64,000 bases of DNA from IMG/VR virus record IMGVR_UViG_3300027763_000026. One strand, written 5' to 3'. Made by a program: the position numbers and the translations under genes. The DNA comes from a virus. This document shows, in pieces, positions 61,210 to 64,000 of this stretch. Each line of letters opens with the position of its first letter. Within the stretch, counting starts at the first letter, position 1. The notes under the pieces are model-generated. The model was not told the origin of the DNA. It worked only from the letters and a program-made list of their open reading frames with translations, and did not search any database.

Positions 61210-62430
61210 TTAAAAACCATAAGTGGCAGGATTATAGTAATAATATCCTAAACCCTGTGTTGTTTTTGCTATAGTTGGTGCTGAAAAACTAAATGATAGT
61301 TCATCCCCCTCTTCGTTTTCTCCAAATTGAATTCTTATTGGATAATAAACTCCAGCAGTTAAACTTATTGGTGAAGATGCGACTTCACTAGGCCCATGTA
61401 ATCCACCATTATTTACATTAGCATTAGCTGTTGTAAAGCCAGCAAGAGCATTAGAGCCAATCCAAAGATAACTTGCATCATCTGAACTTGTGTAAAAAGT
61501 ATAATTTTCAGTTGAACTTGCTTTAAAGTATCCAAGCCATTGCCAGCTATAATAATCATCGTAACTAGTAAATCCATTTATTTCAGTTAATTGATTAACA
61601 TCTCCATGAAGAGTTGCTGTATTAAACCAATTTACGTCATCATCAAAATATGAAAGGTATCTTTTACCATATAATCCATTAGAATAATTAATAGATGTAT
61701 TAATTTTATTAATTTTAAATTTTTTGCCAATACTATTATACGTAGACACAGATGTAGCATTAACTACAAAAGTTTTTAGAGCATCAAATAAAGTAGCACT
61801 ACCAATTTGAACTGCTGGATAATTACTTATTAGGAGATAAAAAGCAGTAACAGATTGACCATTTAAATTTGAAACATCTATTGTTTCATTTCCATTCTCA
61901 TCGCCACTTTCAGTATAAGTAAAATTGATAGTTGGCTTGCTATTTGGATAATATACAATAAAACATTCTACTATAGATGGGTCGTTCTGATTGTTATCTA
62001 TGCTTTCACTAATATAAATAGAAAATTTTCTGCCTTGATAATCAAAGTCTTGTTGATATTGATATTTAGTTTCACTTCCGTCACTTCCATAATTGCCCTG
62101 AACACTTAAAGTAAAATTTGAAGTTTGTGTGGTTTTATATATAAAAGGATATGATGTATAACAAAAGGTATTTGCAGATTCAGTATCATATATTTGCGGC
62201 GCTCCATTCAAATAGACTGTATTTCCACCATCATACATATCACCTCCACCATCACCAATATCATAGCTACCACCATCATATTCATAATTATAAAAATTAG
62301 TTATGCTTGATCTTAATATAGGCAAAACAGTGTTTCTTATGTATGTTGAATCTCTTATAAATGTTTGCGCATTAATTATTTGTAATTTTTTATTATTTGA
62401 TGAATTTTTAGTGATTAGTAATTTAGGCAT
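61210..62430 (-). CDS. PA14-domain (carbohydrate-binding) virion/accessory protein
   Basis: YSWQWLGYFKA...YTFYTSSDDASYLWIG...NNGGLHG...LTAGVYYPIRIQFGENEEG. Confidence 0.85.
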   Translation of the reverse strand: MPKLLITKNSSNNKKLQIINAQTFIRDSTYIRNTVLPILRSSITNFYNYEYDGGSYDIGDGGGDMYDGGNTVYLNGAPQIYDTESANTFCYTSYPFIYKTTQTSNFTLSVQGNYGSDGSETKYQYQQDFDYQGRKFSIYISESIDNNQNDPSIVECFIVYYPNSKPTINFTYTESGDENGNETIDVSNLNGQSVTAFYLLISNYPAVQIGSATLFDALKTFVVNATSVSTYNSIGKKFKINKINTSINYSNGLYGKRYLSYFDDDVNWFNTATLHGDVNQLTEINGFTSYDDYYSWQWLGYFKASSTENYTFYTSSDDASYLWIGSNALAGFTTANANVNNGGLHGPSEVASSPISLTAGVYYPIRIQFGENEEGDELSFSFSAPTIAKTTQGLGYYYYNPATYGF

Positions 62431-62440
62431 ATAATAGATA

Positions 62441-62447
62441 TTACACT
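62441..62447 (-). promoter_or_regulatory. AGTGTAA motif
   Basis: 10 nt upstream of ATG 62430. Confidence 0.6.
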
Positions 62448-62493
62448 ATATATATTTAATTAAAAATAAAGTGTTTAAATTAAAAATAATATG

Positions 62494-62790
62494 CTACTCG
62501 TAACGAATAGCATCAATCTCTTCATTTGTTGTGCAATTTAATGCGGCTGCTTTGCATGCTAAATATTTGTTTCTGCACTCATTAATCCAGTTAAGAATCT
62601 GCGCTTTCTTTTCACCATCATAGATTCCATTCGCACAATTACGTTCATCTGTTTCTGTGACTTTTGTGCGTATTAGTCTAGTAGTTTGTTCTGCCCACAC
62701 CTCTTTTCGCTCTTCAATAGCTTCGGTTAATGTTCTGGTATCCTCGACTCTTACGAGTTCACCATTTTGATAATATTCTTGGCGTGGCAT
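62494..62790 (-). CDS. Tail fibre assembly/DUF4376-like small protein
   Basis: C-terminus CKAAALNCTTNEEIDAIRY resembles the 'A.t.eev.aI.w' end of fibre chaperones. Confidence 0.5.
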   Translation of the reverse strand: MPRQEYYQNGELVRVEDTRTLTEAIEERKEVWAEQTTRLIRTKVTETDERNCANGIYDGEKKAQILNWINECRNKYLACKAAALNCTTNEEIDAIRYE

Positions 62791-62791
62791 A

Positions 62792-63436
62792 TTATTTTAA
62801 GAATACTCCAACGTATGAAGCAGCCGTATTACCGCCACCGACACCCGCATAGTCTATGGTTGTTGAAGTATAGTCAGCAGATAAATCTACATTATTACCA
62901 ATATATAAATATGGAATTCCAGCATTATTATATTGAGTTGTTGGAGTTGTTCCATCAAATCCTGCTCCAATAGATCCTAATAATCCGCCTTCTCGCCCAA
63001 CCCCATCCCAACCTCTAACATAGCAAGTATTATTGTCTGCAGTCCCTTTATTATTCATACCAAGGAAACTTATTCCTTTAGGGAGAACCCAAGTAGGAGA
63101 AAATGTTATAGTTTTTACACCTGTGGTAGTGCCGTCTATTCCTTGTGTTAAAGTGTTTGCTATTCGAGTGCTTGGGGCAAGTTGATTTGGTCTACAATTA
63201 TATATTGCAAGTTGAATTAATGGGGTTCCTGTACTTGTTGCTGCAGTTGTTACTTCAATTTTAAGAGTTGTTATTACTCTTGCGGTGTTTGTGTAAATTG
63301 GTGTGAAAGAGACATAAGTACTAACGAGAAATAATCCATTTGCATTAGATCCATACGCGGCCATAGGGCCGACACATCTAGTTGAAGGAACTGTTAGATC
63401 GCCAAAAAGTTTATCTTTAGCTTGGAAAAGTGCCAT
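62792..63436 (-). CDS. Hypothetical beta-rich virion protein
   Basis: Thr/Gly-rich, in the structural block. Confidence 0.6.
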   Translation of the reverse strand: MALFQAKDKLFGDLTVPSTRCVGPMAAYGSNANGLFLVSTYVSFTPIYTNTARVITTLKIEVTTAATSTGTPLIQLAIYNCRPNQLAPSTRIANTLTQGIDGTTTGVKTITFSPTWVLPKGISFLGMNNKGTADNNTCYVRGWDGVGREGGLLGSIGAGFDGTTPTTQYNNAGIPYLYIGNNVDLSADYTSTTIDYAGVGGGNTAASYVGVFLK

Positions 63437-63445
63437 GGCGTTATC

Positions 63446-63757
63446 CTAGTTTACTTCAGTCACTCTAGCTGTACCAGCTACTGCAAATATGGCCGTATGA
63501 ATAAGAGTAGTTTGATTTACTGGACATTCCCAGTAGTCCCCTGCTGATAAGCGTACCTGATAAACCCCTGTGGTGCATGTTCCTCCAGCTGAAATATGTA
63601 AATTTCCAGCCCCTTCATTGAATACTGTTAAAACTTCTCTATTTAAGTCAGCTGCAACAAGGGTAGCAGAACCTGTATTAGTGAAATTACTAGATATGAC
63701 TCTTGATCCTTGAACAGCAAAAGCGTTAACTGTGGAGACTGGATTGTTTGATATCAT
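63446..63757 (-). CDS. Small beta-sandwich hypothetical virion protein
   Basis: LVAADLNREVLTVFNEGAGNLHI...YQVRLSAGDYWE; preceded by AGTGTAA. Confidence 0.6.
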   Translation of the reverse strand: MISNNPVSTVNAFAVQGSRVISSNFTNTGSATLVAADLNREVLTVFNEGAGNLHISAGGTCTTGVYQVRLSAGDYWECPVNQTTLIHTAIFAVAGTARVTEVN

Positions 63758-63768
63758 ATATATTTTTA

Positions 63769-63775
63769 TTACACT
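63769..63775 (-). promoter_or_regulatory. AGTGTAA motif
   Basis: 11 nt upstream of ATG 63757. Confidence 0.55.
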
Positions 63776-63781
63776 TTTTTA

Positions 63782-64000
63782 TTATGGTAATCCCAAACCT
63801 TCGCCCAGTGTAGATTTATAGAGATTCTGTATTTGTAATAATTGAGATTGAGTTAATGGTATTCCAGAAAACCATGCTTGAAATGAAGCGATTTCATTTC
63901 TTATTGAACCTTGAAAACCAAACAACCAATAAAGATTTGAACCAAAAGTATAAGGCAAAGTGCCAGAACCAGAAGAAGTTGTATTTCTTGTGAAATTAAG
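63782..64000 (-). CDS. C-terminal fragment of a LamG/ConA-like structural protein (5' truncated)
   Basis: Open frame from the window edge: ...WLFGFQGSIRNEIASFQAWFSGIPLTQSQLLQIQNLYKSTLGEGLGLP*. Confidence 0.55.
   Translation of the reverse strand, partial: LNFTRNTTSSGSGTLPYTFGSNLYWLFGFQGSIRNEIASFQAWFSGIPLTQSQLLQIQNLYKSTLGEGLGLP

Overview
64 kb internal segment of a large, AT-rich tailed dsDNA bacteriophage genome in the standard genetic code. No tRNA, rRNA, CRISPR array or integrase was recognised. It has three blocks. (1) About 1-15.1 kb is a glycan biosynthesis island: sulfotransferase fragment, GT11 x2, GT2, GT32 fused to an FkbM-like methyltransferase, GT15-like, a frameshifted GT31-like gene, several orphan DxD proteins, GDP-mannose 3,5-epimerase, gmd and glf. 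(2) About 15.1-30.0 kb (+) is a replication/recombination block: RecA, endonuclease, DnaB, ThyX, primase, PD-(D/E)xK exonuclease, DnaE split into a PHP gene and a core gene with a DnaQ between them, a Whirly-like candidate SSB, a GT4/GT9 pair and an annealase-like protein. Its sigma70-type promoters are placed so that transcripts would be leaderless. (3) About 30.0-64 kb (-) is a virion block: collagen-like and mucin-like fibre/adhesin proteins, FG-GAP propellers, tape measure, tail chaperones, tail tube, neck proteins and a PA14 protein, marked by a recurrent AGTGTAA upstream motif. Best leads: a possible phage-encoded, eukaryote-like virion O-glycosylation system with candidate [S/T]-G acceptor sites; a tape measure protein carrying PNF(A/S)-delimited cassettes including a nuclease-like domain; a Whirly-like SSB; and a two-class promoter architecture. 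All family assignments come from motif recognition by eye, not database searches.
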